DNA of 64,000 bases from Deltaproteobacteria bacterium (GTDB lineage: Bacteria; Myxococcota; Myxococcia; SLRQ01). Below are positions 28,220-37,789 of the stretch, piece by piece (positions within the stretch are counted from its first letter, which is position 1; the number at the start of each line of letters is the position of its first letter). A program made the position numbers and the translations under genes. The notes under the pieces are model-generated. The model did no database searches, was not told where the DNA came from, and was given only the letters and a program-made list of their open reading frames with translations. The DNA lies in contig JARGFU010000008.1 of the NCBI GenBank assembly GCA_029210625.1, forward strand, positions 138,661-202,660, given 5' to 3'.

Positions 28220-28741
28220 TCAGAAGCCGCGGCCGAGAGCCAGGCCGAAGACCAGCGCCTGGTGGGGGTGCTCGGCGAGCACGTAGTCGAAGTTGAAGGT
28301 CGGCGCGAGGGTGTAGGCCCCGAGGTGGAGGTCGTAGCCGATCCCCGCGCGTGCGACGAAGGCGGCCTCCTCGTGGGCGTAGTCCAGGCCGGGGGCGACG
28401 ATCACCTTGAGGCCGGCGACGGGGTGGACGACCAGCATCGGCGCGGCGAGGACGGCGAAGCTGTAGTGGCCGAGGTCCATCGGGAAGTCGACGAGGAGGC
28501 CGACGCCGAAGAGCTCGGAGAGGCGCCGCTCGTAGTCGAGCCCGGCGGTCAGCACGGTCTGGGGGTGATCCCCGAGGAAGGTGGTGCCGCCGAGGAAGAC
28601 GCCGACGTGGTTGGCGTGGGTCGCGTGGGCGCCGGCGGGCGCCTCCACGGTGTGGTCGGCGCCGGTGGCGGCCTCGGGCGGAGAGGCGCTGGCGGCCGGG
28701 GAGAGACAGAACGCGAGGGCGAGAGCGAGGAGCTTCTTCAT
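28220..28741 (-). CDS. Small His-rich outer-membrane beta-barrel protein (hypothetical).
   Basis: The signal peptide is MKKLLALALAFCLSPAASA. There are 13 His in 173 aa. The C-terminal residue is Phe (LALGRGF), as is typical of OM barrels. Confidence 0.55.
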   Translation of the reverse strand: MKKLLALALAFCLSPAASASPPEAATGADHTVEAPAGAHATHANHVGVFLGGTTFLGDHPQTVLTAGLDYERRLSELFGVGLLVDFPMDLGHYSFAVLAAPMLVVHPVAGLKVIVAPGLDYAHEEAAFVARAGIGYDLHLGAYTLAPTFNFDYVLAEHPHQALVFGLALGRGF

Positions 28742-28837
28742 GGTTGGGTCTCGTGGCTGTGCGGTCGGGGACCGCGGTTGGGAGCGAGCGCAGGTGTACT
28801 CCCAAGCCCTCCGGGGCGAAAAGAGGCCCCGAGGCGA

Positions 28838-29641
28838 TCAGCCGTGGACGAGCTTCCCGAGCTCGCGCATCCAGGCGAGCTCCTCCTCCGACATCGGCCC
28901 CCGCTCGAGCCCGGCGAGGTTCGCCGCGAGCTGCTCGGCGGAGGCCGGGCCGGTGAGGGTCAGGGGGATCGCCGGGTGGGAGAGGCAGAAGCGGTAGCAG
29001 TCGGCGGCGTCGGGGACCCGGCCCTCCCAGCCCTTCGGCGCCATCAGCAGCTTGCGCCAGGAGGTGGCCGTATAGGCGACCAGGAAGCGCTCCCGGGCGC
29101 CCTCCCCCGCGGGCAGGTACGGGAAGATCTCCTTCTCCGCGCCCGGGTGAGCCGCGTTGTAGCGGATCTGCAGCATGTCCAGCTCGCTCTCGGCGGCCAG
29201 GCGGCCGGCCCGGGGGCGGTCGTGGATCGTCACGCCGATCGCGCGGATCTTCCCCTCCTCGCGCAGGGCCAGCAGCTCGTCCATCACGCCGCGGGTGTCC
29301 CAGGAGGTCACCCCCAGCCAGTACATCTGGAAGACGTCGACGTAGTCGATGCCGAACTTGCGCAGGAGGCCCTCGACCCCCCGGCGGTACTGGAAGCCGA
29401 AGGGGCCGCCGGTCCCCGCCGCGAAGATCATCCGCTCCCGATCGCCGGCCAGCGCCTCCTTCACCCCCAGGAAGGCGCGCCCCTTCCTCATCCCGCTCCA
29501 GAAGAGGTAGTTGACGCCCGCCTCGACCGCGTCGCGGACCTCGCGGCTGCCGATGCCGTAGTTGACGGCCAGCCCCAGGGGGAAGGCCTCCTTCTCGACC
29601 ACCGGGAGAATCCTCGCTTCGAAGCTCATGGTGCCCGGCAT
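28838..29641 (-). CDS. Aldo/keto reductase family oxidoreductase.
   Basis: AKR-like segments are DVFQMYWLG, IRAIGVT and EQLAANLA. The start is MPGTMSFEA at 29641, or the internal ATG at 29629. Confidence 0.75.
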   Translation of the reverse strand: MPGTMSFEARILPVVEKEAFPLGLAVNYGIGSREVRDAVEAGVNYLFWSGMRKGRAFLGVKEALAGDRERMIFAAGTGGPFGFQYRRGVEGLLRKFGIDYVDVFQMYWLGVTSWDTRGVMDELLALREEGKIRAIGVTIHDRPRAGRLAAESELDMLQIRYNAAHPGAEKEIFPYLPAGEGARERFLVAYTATSWRKLLMAPKGWEGRVPDAADCYRFCLSHPAIPLTLTGPASAEQLAANLAGLERGPMSEEELAWMRELGKLVHG

Positions 29642-29788
29642 CCTAGCCCAGATGGAGGGAGCGCCCCGGCCACCCCGGATCCTGTCCCGGAGGGTGCCCT
29701 TCGATCTAGGGTGCCCTGCACCGGCCCCAGCCCCCCCCTCGAGCACGCCCCCGTGGACCAGACCCTCACCTCACCTGGCAGACCGAGC

Positions 29789-32242
29789 ATGGTCACGCTC
29801 CTGCGTCCGGGCCTCGCCCTGATCCTGCTGGCCGCGCTGCTCCCGGCCCCGTCCCGGGCCGAGGCGCGCAAGGTGCGGGTCGCCGTCTTCGACCTGCCCC
29901 CCGCCATCTCGCTGACCCCCGAGGGCGCGGCCCAGGGCTTCTTCGTCGATCTCCTGGACGAGGCGGCTCGCCAGGAGGGCTGGGAGCTCGAGTACGTCCC
30001 CGGCGGCTGGGCCGAGGGCCTGGCCCGCGCGCGCGCCGGCGAGCTCGACCTCCTCACCAGCGTCGCGCGCACCCCCGAGCGGGAGGCCTTCCTCGACTAC
30101 GGGGAGGTGCCGCTGCTCCACGTCTGGAGCGAGGTCTACACGACCGAGGGGCAGGAGCTGCACTCGGTCTTCGATCTTCGCGGCAAGCGCGTCGCGGTGA
30201 TGCGGGGCGACTACAACCGCGCGGTCTTCGAGGAGACCATGCGGGGCTTCGGGATCGAGAGCGAGCTCGTGGAGGTCGAGGACTTCGACACCGTCTTCGA
30301 GGCCCTCCGGGAGGGGCGGGCCGAGGCCGGGGTGGTCAACAACACCTACGGCGCCGCTCATGGCAGGGCCAGGGGCGTGGTCGACACCGGGGTGGTCTTC
30401 CACCCCTTCCCCATCTACTTCGCCGTCGCCCGGGGGAAGAACCCCGAGCTGCTCCGGACCCTCGACCGCCACCTGCACGCCTGGCGGGCCGAGCCGAGCT
30501 CCCTCTACCACCGGCGCCTGCGCTTCTGGCTGCATCGCGATCTCGCCGTGGAGCAGGTCACCCCCCGGGCGGTCTGGAGCGCCCTGGCGGGCCTGATCCT
30601 CCTCGGGGCGGTGCTCGCCCTGCTGGTCTTCGTCCTGCGCCGGCGGGTCCTCTCGGGGCAGGAGAGCCTGGTCGCCAGCCGGGAGCAGCTCGCCGAGAGC
30701 GAGCGGATGCTGGCGGCGATCGCCCGCAACCTGCCGGGGATGGTCTATCGCTGCCTCGCCCGCCCCGGCTGGAGGATGGAGACCGTCAGCGCCGGCGCCG
30801 CGACGCTCACCGGCCACCCGGTGGAGGCGCTGGTCGGACCCGGGGCGATCCCCTTCGCCAGCCTGATCCACCCCGACGATCTGCCAGGGGTCGAGGCCCG
30901 GATCGGAGAGGCCGCCGTGGCCGGTGAGCCCTTCGAGCTGGAGTACCGGCTGATCGACCGGGGGGGAGAGGAGAAGGTGGTCTGGGAGCACGGGACCTGG
31001 CTCCCGGCGTCGGCCGAGGGAGAGAACCAGCGGATCGGCATCGTCCTGGACGTCTCGGACCGGGTCCGGGCCGAGAGCGAGAAGGAGCGCCTGCGCCTCC
31101 AGCTGCTCCAGTCCCAGAAGATGGAGTCGATCGGACGCCTCGCCGGTGGCGTGGCTCACGACTACAACAACGTCCTGGGCGTGATCATCGGCCATGCCGA
31201 GATGGCGCTGCTGCGAGAGACCCAGCTCCCCGGCGAGCTGCGCGGGTACCTCGAGGAGATCCGCGACGCGGCGCTGCGCTCGGGGGAGCTCACGAGGCAG
31301 CTCCTCGCCTACGCCCGGCGCCAGCCCTCGGCGCCGCAGGTCTTCGACCTCGAGGAGAAGCTCCAGGAGATCCTGCGCTTCCTCGGCCGACTGATCGGTG
31401 AAGACGTGGAGCTGGTCTGGAAGCGCGGTGACGCCCGGACGAAGGTGCGCATCGATCCCTCGCACTTCGACCAGATCCTGACCAACCTCTGCGTGAACGC
31501 CCGCGACGCCCTCGAGGGCGAGGGCACCATCACGCTCGAGACCACCGTGCAGAACCTCGACGAGGACGACCTCGCCGGAGAGACGGGGCTGCCGCCGGGG
31601 GACTACGCCCGGCTCACGGTCAGCGACACCGGGAGCGGCATCGACGAGACGGTGTTGCCGATGATCTTCGAGCCCTTCTTCACCACCAAGGAGATCGGCA
31701 AGGGCACTGGCCTGGGGCTGGCCACCGTCCAGGGCATCGTGCAGCAGAACGGCGGCTTCATCCGCGCCGCCTCGCGGCCGGGCGAGGGGGCGACCTTCAC
31801 CGTGTACCTCCCGGCGGTCGAGGTCGAGCTGACCGCCCAGGCTCGCCCTGCCCCCCTGCGCCTGGCCGAGGGCGAGCCGGCGACCATCCTCCTGGTCGAG
31901 GACGACCCGCGGGTGCTCATGACCACCCAGATGATGCTCGAACACCTGGGGCACCGGGTGCTGACCGCCAACGGCCCCGAGCAGGCCCTCGAGGTCGCCG
32001 AGCTCCACGGCCAGGAGCTCCACCTGCTGCTCACCGACGTGGTGATGCCCGGGATGGACGGCCACGCCCTCGCCCAGCAGCTCTGCAGCCAGCTCCCCGG
32101 CCTGCGCCACGCCTTCCTCTCCGGCTACACGGCCGACATCCTCTCCAGGAAGGGCGTGCTCGAGGAGGGGGTGCGGCTGCTCCACAAGCCCTTCTCCTTC
32201 ACTCAGTTCTCGGCCTTCCTGGAGGAGGTCCTCTCCGAATAG
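29789..32242 (+). CDS. Hybrid sensor histidine kinase: periplasmic SBP_bac_3 solute-binding domain, TM, PAS, HisKA, HATPase_c, REC.
   Basis: ATG at 29789 gives MVTLLRPGLALILLAALLPAPSRA, a signal peptide. The H-box is HDYNNVLGVIIGHAEMAL. The G-boxes are DTGSGI and GTGLGLA. The receiver has ILLVEDD...DVVMPGMDG. Confidence 0.85.
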   Translation: MVTLLRPGLALILLAALLPAPSRAEARKVRVAVFDLPPAISLTPEGAAQGFFVDLLDEAARQEGWELEYVPGGWAEGLARARAGELDLLTSVARTPEREAFLDYGEVPLLHVWSEVYTTEGQELHSVFDLRGKRVAVMRGDYNRAVFEETMRGFGIESELVEVEDFDTVFEALREGRAEAGVVNNTYGAAHGRARGVVDTGVVFHPFPIYFAVARGKNPELLRTLDRHLHAWRAEPSSLYHRRLRFWLHRDLAVEQVTPRAVWSALAGLILLGAVLALLVFVLRRRVLSGQESLVASREQLAESERMLAAIARNLPGMVYRCLARPGWRMETVSAGAATLTGHPVEALVGPGAIPFASLIHPDDLPGVEARIGEAAVAGEPFELEYRLIDRGGEEKVVWEHGTWLPASAEGENQRIGIVLDVSDRVRAESEKERLRLQLLQSQKMESIGRLAGGVAHDYNNVLGVIIGHAEMALLRETQLPGELRGYLEEIRDAALRSGELTRQLLAYARRQPSAPQVFDLEEKLQEILRFLGRLIGEDVELVWKRGDARTKVRIDPSHFDQILTNLCVNARDALEGEGTITLETTVQNLDEDDLAGETGLPPGDYARLTVSDTGSGIDETVLPMIFEPFFTTKEIGKGTGLGLATVQGIVQQNGGFIRAASRPGEGATFTVYLPAVEVELTAQARPAPLRLAEGEPATILLVEDDPRVLMTTQMMLEHLGHRVLTANGPEQALEVAELHGQELHLLLTDVVMPGMDGHALAQQLCSQLPGLRHAFLSGYTADILSRKGVLEEGVRLLHKPFSFTQFSAFLEEVLSE

Positions 32243-32277
32243 GCTGCGGCACCCCCCCAACGCCGGAGGCGTCGAAC

Positions 32278-33507
32278 ATGAACAAGACCGAGATCAAGCA
32301 GATCCATGCCCGGGGCGAGGAGCTCCGCGACTTCATCGTCGAGACCACCATCGAGATCGCCAGGGTGCGCACGGTGAACTACGACCCGGCCGACTACCCC
32401 GGCGAGGGGCCCGACGGCATGGACCTGCCCGGTCACGAGGCGCGAGTGGTCGAGCGCCTCGAGCGCGTCCTCGACGGCTGGCACCTGCCCCATCACCGGG
32501 AGGGCCGCATCCCCGAGCGCCCGGCCCTCTTCGCCAGCGTCGGCCGCAAGGAGAAGGGAGCCCGGCGGATGATGCTCCTGCTCCACACCGACACGGTCCC
32601 CTCCGGGGACCGCAGCGCCTGGCGCTTCGATCCCTTCGACGCCCACGAGAAGGGCGGCAAGCTCTACGGCCGGGGCGTCCTCGACAACAAGGGGCCGCTC
32701 GTCTCGGCCCTCGCGGCCTTCAAGATCATCTCGGAGCAGGCCGAGCAGATCCCGGGCGAGGTGATCTTCGCCGCCCTCCCCGACGAGGAGGTGCAGGCGG
32801 GCTACGGCCTCGACTGGCTCCTCGCCAACGGCAAGATCGCCTGTGACGAGGCGGTGGTGCCGGACATCGCCGGCGAGATGAAGGAGATCAACATCGCCGA
32901 GAAGGGTCGCCTGGGCCTCTCGATCACCGTACGCGGCAAGTCCGCCCACGCGATGGATCCCTCCCAGGGGGTGAGCGCCGCCTACGGCCTCGCCCAGCTG
33001 GTGCTCGAGCTCGAGAAGATGAAGATGCCCCACACCAAGCACCCCATCCTCGGGCGCCCCACCCTCAACGTGGGGATCATCAAGGGCGGCAACGCCGCGA
33101 ACGCGGTGCCGGATCTGGCCCAGGCCGTGGTGGACATCCGCTACGTGCCCGGACAGAAGGAGGCCGCGATCAAGAAGCAGATCAAGGACCTCTGCGCCGG
33201 GATCGCGAAGAAGCGAAAGGGGCTGCGCTTCACGGTCGAGGCCCGGCGAGGTGCGCCGCCCATCGCGGTGAAGCCCGACGCGCCGATCGTGAAGACCATC
33301 CTCGCCCACGCCCCGAAGGCCCAGATCGTCGGCACCGGCGGCGGCACCTTCGCCCACGCCCTGGTCGAGCAGGGCATCGACGCGGTGGGCTGGTCCCCCG
33401 GCAACGAGAAGACCTACCACCAGGCCAACGAGGAGATCGCGGTCAAGCAGCTGACCACCTACGCCGGCCGCCTGGCCGCCGTGGTGCTGGATCGGGTGGC
33501 CGGGTAG
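32278..33507 (+). CDS. M20-family metallopeptidase/deacylase (ArgE/DapE-like).
   Basis: LHTDTVP includes a metal-binding His. The motifs GRGVLDNKG and EKG are present, along with a dimerisation lid. The product is 409 aa. Confidence 0.85.
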   Translation: MNKTEIKQIHARGEELRDFIVETTIEIARVRTVNYDPADYPGEGPDGMDLPGHEARVVERLERVLDGWHLPHHREGRIPERPALFASVGRKEKGARRMMLLLHTDTVPSGDRSAWRFDPFDAHEKGGKLYGRGVLDNKGPLVSALAAFKIISEQAEQIPGEVIFAALPDEEVQAGYGLDWLLANGKIACDEAVVPDIAGEMKEINIAEKGRLGLSITVRGKSAHAMDPSQGVSAAYGLAQLVLELEKMKMPHTKHPILGRPTLNVGIIKGGNAANAVPDLAQAVVDIRYVPGQKEAAIKKQIKDLCAGIAKKRKGLRFTVEARRGAPPIAVKPDAPIVKTILAHAPKAQIVGTGGGTFAHALVEQGIDAVGWSPGNEKTYHQANEEIAVKQLTTYAGRLAAVVLDRVAG

Positions 33508-33513
33508 CCCTGG

Positions 33514-34749
33514 CTACCGCGCCTTCGCCAGGGCGTGGACCTCGTCGTCGGTGAGGACGTGGTCCGCGGCCTTGGCGCCGGCGAAGACGGCCTGGGCCAG
33601 CTCGTCGCTGACCTCGTAGCCGTTCTTGTCGAGCCAGTAGAGGACGTTCGAGAGGCCGCTCATCGGGCCCACCTCGATGCGCTGGGACTCCCCCACCATC
33701 GAGGCGGGGACGCCCGAGTAGACTCGATCGGCGAGGAAGTCCTCGCCCTTCTTCTCGGCCTTGATCACCGCGGCGGCGTGCACGCCGGTGGCGGTCCGGA
33801 AGGCGTCGGTGCCGACGACGGGGTAGCCCTTGGGGATGGGCGTGTCGGTGGCCTCCGAGATCAGCTTCACCCACTCGGGGAGGTTGGTCAGGTCGCCGTC
33901 GAACTCACCGAGGAGCTTGAGGTTCACCAGGAGCTGATCGAGGGAGGCGTTGCCGACGCGCTCGCCGATGCCCAGCGCCGTGCCGTGGAGGCGGGTGGCG
34001 CCGTACTCCATGGCGGTGAGGGTGTTGGTCAGCGCCAGGCCCCGATCGTTGTGACCGTGCCAGTCGATGCCCACCTCGCGCCCCGAGGACTCGATGATGT
34101 CCTTGGTGAACTCGATGAGGTTCTTCACGCCGTCGGGGGTGGCGTGGCCGACGGTGTCGCAGAGGGTGAGGCGGTGGATGCCGCACTCGATGGCGTTGCG
34201 GAAGAGCACCGAGAGGTCCTGGGGCGTCGAGCGCACGGTGTCCTCGGTGACGAAGGTCACCGGCAGGCCCTCGCCCACCGCGAACTCGATGGCGGTCGAG
34301 CTGAACTTCAGCAGCTTCTCGACCTCCCACTCCTCGACGAAGCGCCGGATGGGGCTGGTGCCGAGGAAGGCCATCACCTCGAGCTGCATCCCGACCTTCT
34401 GGCTGATCTCGGCGATCGGGCGCACATCATTCAGGTGGGTCCGCGCCGCGCAGTTCGCCTTGATGGGCAGCTTCTTCTCGATGATGAACTCGGCCAGCTC
34501 CGTGACGTGCTCGACCGCCCGCGGACCCGCGCCGGGCAGGCCGAGGTTGATCGAGTGGATACCGAGGGCCGCGGAGAGCTCGATGAAGCGCTTCTTCTCC
34601 TCGATGGTCGGATCCTTGACCGAGGGGCCCTGGATACCGTCTCGCAGGGTCTCGTCCTGCAGCATCACCGACCCCTCGGTGAGGGGGTGGCGGCGCTTGC
34701 GAGTGTTCCAGTCGTAGACGAGCTTCTGCTCGTGCTGGTTGGACGACAT
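33514..34749 (-). CDS. DRE-TIM metallolyase of the 2-isopropylmalate synthase/homocitrate synthase family (no LeuA regulatory domain).
   Basis: LQDETLRDGIQ matches DxTLRDGxQ. HGHND is a metal-binding motif. The product is 411 aa. Confidence 0.8.
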   Translation of the reverse strand: MSSNQHEQKLVYDWNTRKRRHPLTEGSVMLQDETLRDGIQGPSVKDPTIEEKKRFIELSAALGIHSINLGLPGAGPRAVEHVTELAEFIIEKKLPIKANCAARTHLNDVRPIAEISQKVGMQLEVMAFLGTSPIRRFVEEWEVEKLLKFSSTAIEFAVGEGLPVTFVTEDTVRSTPQDLSVLFRNAIECGIHRLTLCDTVGHATPDGVKNLIEFTKDIIESSGREVGIDWHGHNDRGLALTNTLTAMEYGATRLHGTALGIGERVGNASLDQLLVNLKLLGEFDGDLTNLPEWVKLISEATDTPIPKGYPVVGTDAFRTATGVHAAAVIKAEKKGEDFLADRVYSGVPASMVGESQRIEVGPMSGLSNVLYWLDKNGYEVSDELAQAVFAGAKAADHVLTDDEVHALAKAR

Positions 34750-34874
34750 GAGGTGCTCCCTTCATCCCGATTTGCGTCAGAGCGGCCGTGGTGTACCACT
34801 GTCCACCCGAGAATGCGTAGATCGACCCGCAACGGGCCCCGGCCCGGACAGTGATTTCCATACCTTAGGAAGCG

Positions 34875-35411
34875 ATGACCCTCCCCGACCCCGCCCCCGC
34901 GCTGCTGCGCCTCCTCGTCAACGGCGAGACGCGGGTGCTCCCCTGTGCCCCGAACGAGACCCTCCTCGAGGTGCTGCGCTACCGCCTCGCCCTCACCGGC
35001 ACCAAGCAGGGCTGCGACAAGGGGGACTGCGGCGCCTGCACGGTGCTCATCGACGGGCAGCCGGCCCTCGCCTGCCTGACCCTGGCCACCCTCTGTGAGG
35101 GGAAGAACATCTGGACCGTCGAGGGGCTGGCCGACGGCCCCGAGCTCCACCCGGTGCAGGCGGCCTTCGTCCGGCACGGCGCGGCCCAGTGCGGCTTCTG
35201 CACCCCGGGGATGCTGATGTCCTCGGTGCACTTCGCCGAGAGCTACACCGGATCGGAGGCGCCGGAGCACGGCGAGATCGCTCACGCCCTCTCGGGCAAC
35301 CTCTGCCGATGCACCGGCTACACCAAGATCCTCGACGCCGTCGCCGAGGCCACCCTCGAGGTGGCCGCCCGGCGCGGGGCCCCCGGAGCGGGAGAGGAGG
35401 GGGGCTCATGA
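34875..35411 (+). CDS. Xanthine dehydrogenase-family molybdoenzyme, small [2Fe-2S] subunit (CoxS/PaoA-like).
   Basis: The Cys clusters are CDKGDCGAC and QCGFCTPG...CRCTGY. Its stop overlaps the next gene's ATG. Confidence 0.9.
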   Translation: MTLPDPAPALLRLLVNGETRVLPCAPNETLLEVLRYRLALTGTKQGCDKGDCGACTVLIDGQPALACLTLATLCEGKNIWTVEGLADGPELHPVQAAFVRHGAAQCGFCTPGMLMSSVHFAESYTGSEAPEHGEIAHALSGNLCRCTGYTKILDAVAEATLEVAARRGAPGAGEEGGS

Positions 35412-37789
35412 AGACCCCGCCCCTCCCCCGGGACCTCGAGCGCTACGCCGACCAGGCCCGACCGCCCCGGGAGACCCCCGGCCACGCGCCGGTGATCGGC
35501 CGCCGCCATGGGCGAATCGACGGGCCGGCCCAGGTGACGGGCGCGGCGATCTACGCCGACGACCTCTGCCTGCCGCGGATGCTCCACGGCAAGATCCTGC
35601 GCTCGCCCCACGCCCACGCGCGGATCGTCTCCATCGACGTCGAGGCGGCCCTCGCCCTGCCCGGCGTCGAGGCGGTGATCACCGGGCAGGACCTGATGAC
35701 CCCCTACGGGATCATCCCCTGGACCGAGGACGAGCACGTGATGGCCGTCGAGCGCGCCCTCTTCGTGGGGGACGCGGTGGCGGCGGTGGCGGCCCTCGAC
35801 GAGGCCACCGCCGAGGCCGCCTGCGGCCTGATCGAGGTCGAGTGGGAGGTGCTGCCGCACGTCCTCGATCCCGAGGAGGCTCTGCGCGAGGGCGCCCCGG
35901 TCCTCCACCCGCACCCGAAGCGGAAGGGCAACCTCACGAAAGAGATCGAGCTCTCGTTCGGAGACCCCGGCGCAGGCGATGAGGCTGCGACGGTTGTGGA
36001 AGGGGACTACTTCTTCCACGGCACCACGCACGCCGCCATCGAGCCCCACTGCGCCATCGGCGAGGTGGGCGCCGACGGGCTGCTCACGGTCCACTCCGCC
36101 ACCCAGGTACCCCACTACCTCCACCGGGCACTGGCCCGCGTCCTCGAGCTGCCGCCGAACCGGATCCGGGTGGTGCAGCCGGCGGTGGGCGGGGGCTTCG
36201 GCGGGAAGTCCGAGCCCTTCGACCTCGAGTTCTGCGTCGCGCTCCTCTCGCTGCGCACCGGCCGGCCAGTGAAGATCCTCTACACCCGGGAGGAGGTCTT
36301 CCTGGCCCACCGCGGCCGGCACCCCACCGCCGTGCACGCGAAGCTCGCCGTGGACGACGAGGGGAGGCTGCAGGGCTACGAGGCCGACCTCCTCCTCGAC
36401 GGCGGGGCCTATGCCTCCTTCGGGCTGATCACGACCTACTACTCCGGGCAGCTCACCGCCCTGCCCTACCGGCTGCCCGCCTACCGCTACCGGAGCCGGC
36501 GCGCCTACACCAACAAGCCAGCCTGCGGCCCCAAGCGAGGCCACGGCGCGGTGCAGCCCCGCTTCGCCCTGGAGGTCTCCCTCGACAAGGCGGCCCACGC
36601 CCTGGGGATCGATCCGATCGAGCTGCGCCGCCGGAACTTCATCGGCGAGAACACCCGCACCGTGAACGAGCTGCGGGTCGGGTCCCTGGGCCTACTCACC
36701 TGCCTGGACGAGGTCGAGCGGCGCAGCGAGTGGAAGGCGCGCCGCGGCAGGCTGCCCTTCGGGCACGGCCTCGGCGTCGCCTGCAGCGCCTACATCAGCG
36801 GCACCAACTACCCGGTCTACCCCAACGAGATGCCCCTCTCGGCCGTGCAGGTCGCCGCCGATCGCTCCGGCCGGGTGCGGATCTTCAGCGGCGCCTCGGA
36901 GATCGGGCAGGGCTCGGACACGATGCTCGCCGCCGTCTGCGCCCAGGAGCTGGGGGTCGAGCTGACCGACGTGCGGGTGGTCAGCGCCGACACCGATCTG
37001 ACCCCCGTCGACCTCGGCGCCTACTCCAGCCGCATCACCCTCATGGCCGGGCACGCGGCCCTCCACGGCACCCGCCAGCTCGCCGCGAAGGTCCGCCAGG
37101 CCGTGGCCGAGGCCTGGGAGATCGAGAAGAAGAACGTCGCCCTCGCCGGCCGCCTGGCCCTCGACATCACCGACCCCTCCCGCAGCCTGCCCATCGCCGA
37201 GGCCTTCGCCCTGGCCGAGGCGCGCTTCGGCACCCTCGGCGCGACGGGCTACTACCACACCCCCAAGGACGTGCACGGCGACTACCGGGGCGGCGCCATC
37301 GGCGCGACGCCGGCCTTCTCGGCCACCGCCCACGTGGTCGAGGTGATCGTCGACCCGGAGACCGGCGTCATCGGCGTGGAGAAGGTCTGGTGCGCCCACG
37401 ACTGCGGCCGGGCCCTCAACCCCCTGCTGGTCGAGGGGCAGATCGAGGGCTCCTGCTACATGGGCCTGGGCGAGGCGCTGATGGAGCACCACGAGGTCGG
37501 CCCTGGCGGGCGGCTCCTCGCCCCCGATCTACTCGACTACCGGATCCCCACCAGCGTCGACACGCCGCCCATCGAGGCCATCGTCGTGGAGGCCCCCGAC
37601 GCCCACGGGCCCTACGGCGCCAAGGAGGCGGGCGAGGGGCCGCTGCACTCGGTGATCCCGGCCCTGGCCAACGCCGTCTTCGACGCCATCGGGGTGAGGA
37701 TCGACACCCTGCCGCTGACCCCCGAGAAGGTCCTGGCGGCCCTCGACGCCCGCCTCGAGGCCACGACCGACGAGGGAGGTGCCGCATGA
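35408..37789 (+). CDS. Xanthine dehydrogenase-family molybdoenzyme, large molybdopterin-binding subunit (CoxL/PaoC-like).
   Basis: The 793 aa product has the aldehyde oxidase/xanthine dehydrogenase a/b-hammerhead and MoCo-binding segments GGGFGGK and AHDCGRALNP. ATGA start/stop junctions lie on both sides. Confidence 0.9.
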   Translation: MKTPPLPRDLERYADQARPPRETPGHAPVIGRRHGRIDGPAQVTGAAIYADDLCLPRMLHGKILRSPHAHARIVSIDVEAALALPGVEAVITGQDLMTPYGIIPWTEDEHVMAVERALFVGDAVAAVAALDEATAEAACGLIEVEWEVLPHVLDPEEALREGAPVLHPHPKRKGNLTKEIELSFGDPGAGDEAATVVEGDYFFHGTTHAAIEPHCAIGEVGADGLLTVHSATQVPHYLHRALARVLELPPNRIRVVQPAVGGGFGGKSEPFDLEFCVALLSLRTGRPVKILYTREEVFLAHRGRHPTAVHAKLAVDDEGRLQGYEADLLLDGGAYASFGLITTYYSGQLTALPYRLPAYRYRSRRAYTNKPACGPKRGHGAVQPRFALEVSLDKAAHALGIDPIELRRRNFIGENTRTVNELRVGSLGLLTCLDEVERRSEWKARRGRLPFGHGLGVACSAYISGTNYPVYPNEMPLSAVQVAADRSGRVRIFSGASEIGQGSDTMLAAVCAQELGVELTDVRVVSADTDLTPVDLGAYSSRITLMAGHAALHGTRQLAAKVRQAVAEAWEIEKKNVALAGRLALDITDPSRSLPIAEAFALAEARFGTLGATGYYHTPKDVHGDYRGGAIGATPAFSATAHVVEVIVDPETGVIGVEKVWCAHDCGRALNPLLVEGQIEGSCYMGLGEALMEHHEVGPGGRLLAPDLLDYRIPTSVDTPPIEAIVVEAPDAHGPYGAKEAGEGPLHSVIPALANAVFDAIGVRIDTLPLTPEKVLAALDARLEATTDEGGAA

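Noticed and set aside
28262-29788. Upstream part of the 1326-aa ORF (kinase 2).
   Set aside because: It is antisense to the His-rich OMP and the aldo/keto reductase. The kinase's signal peptide and ATG are at 29789.
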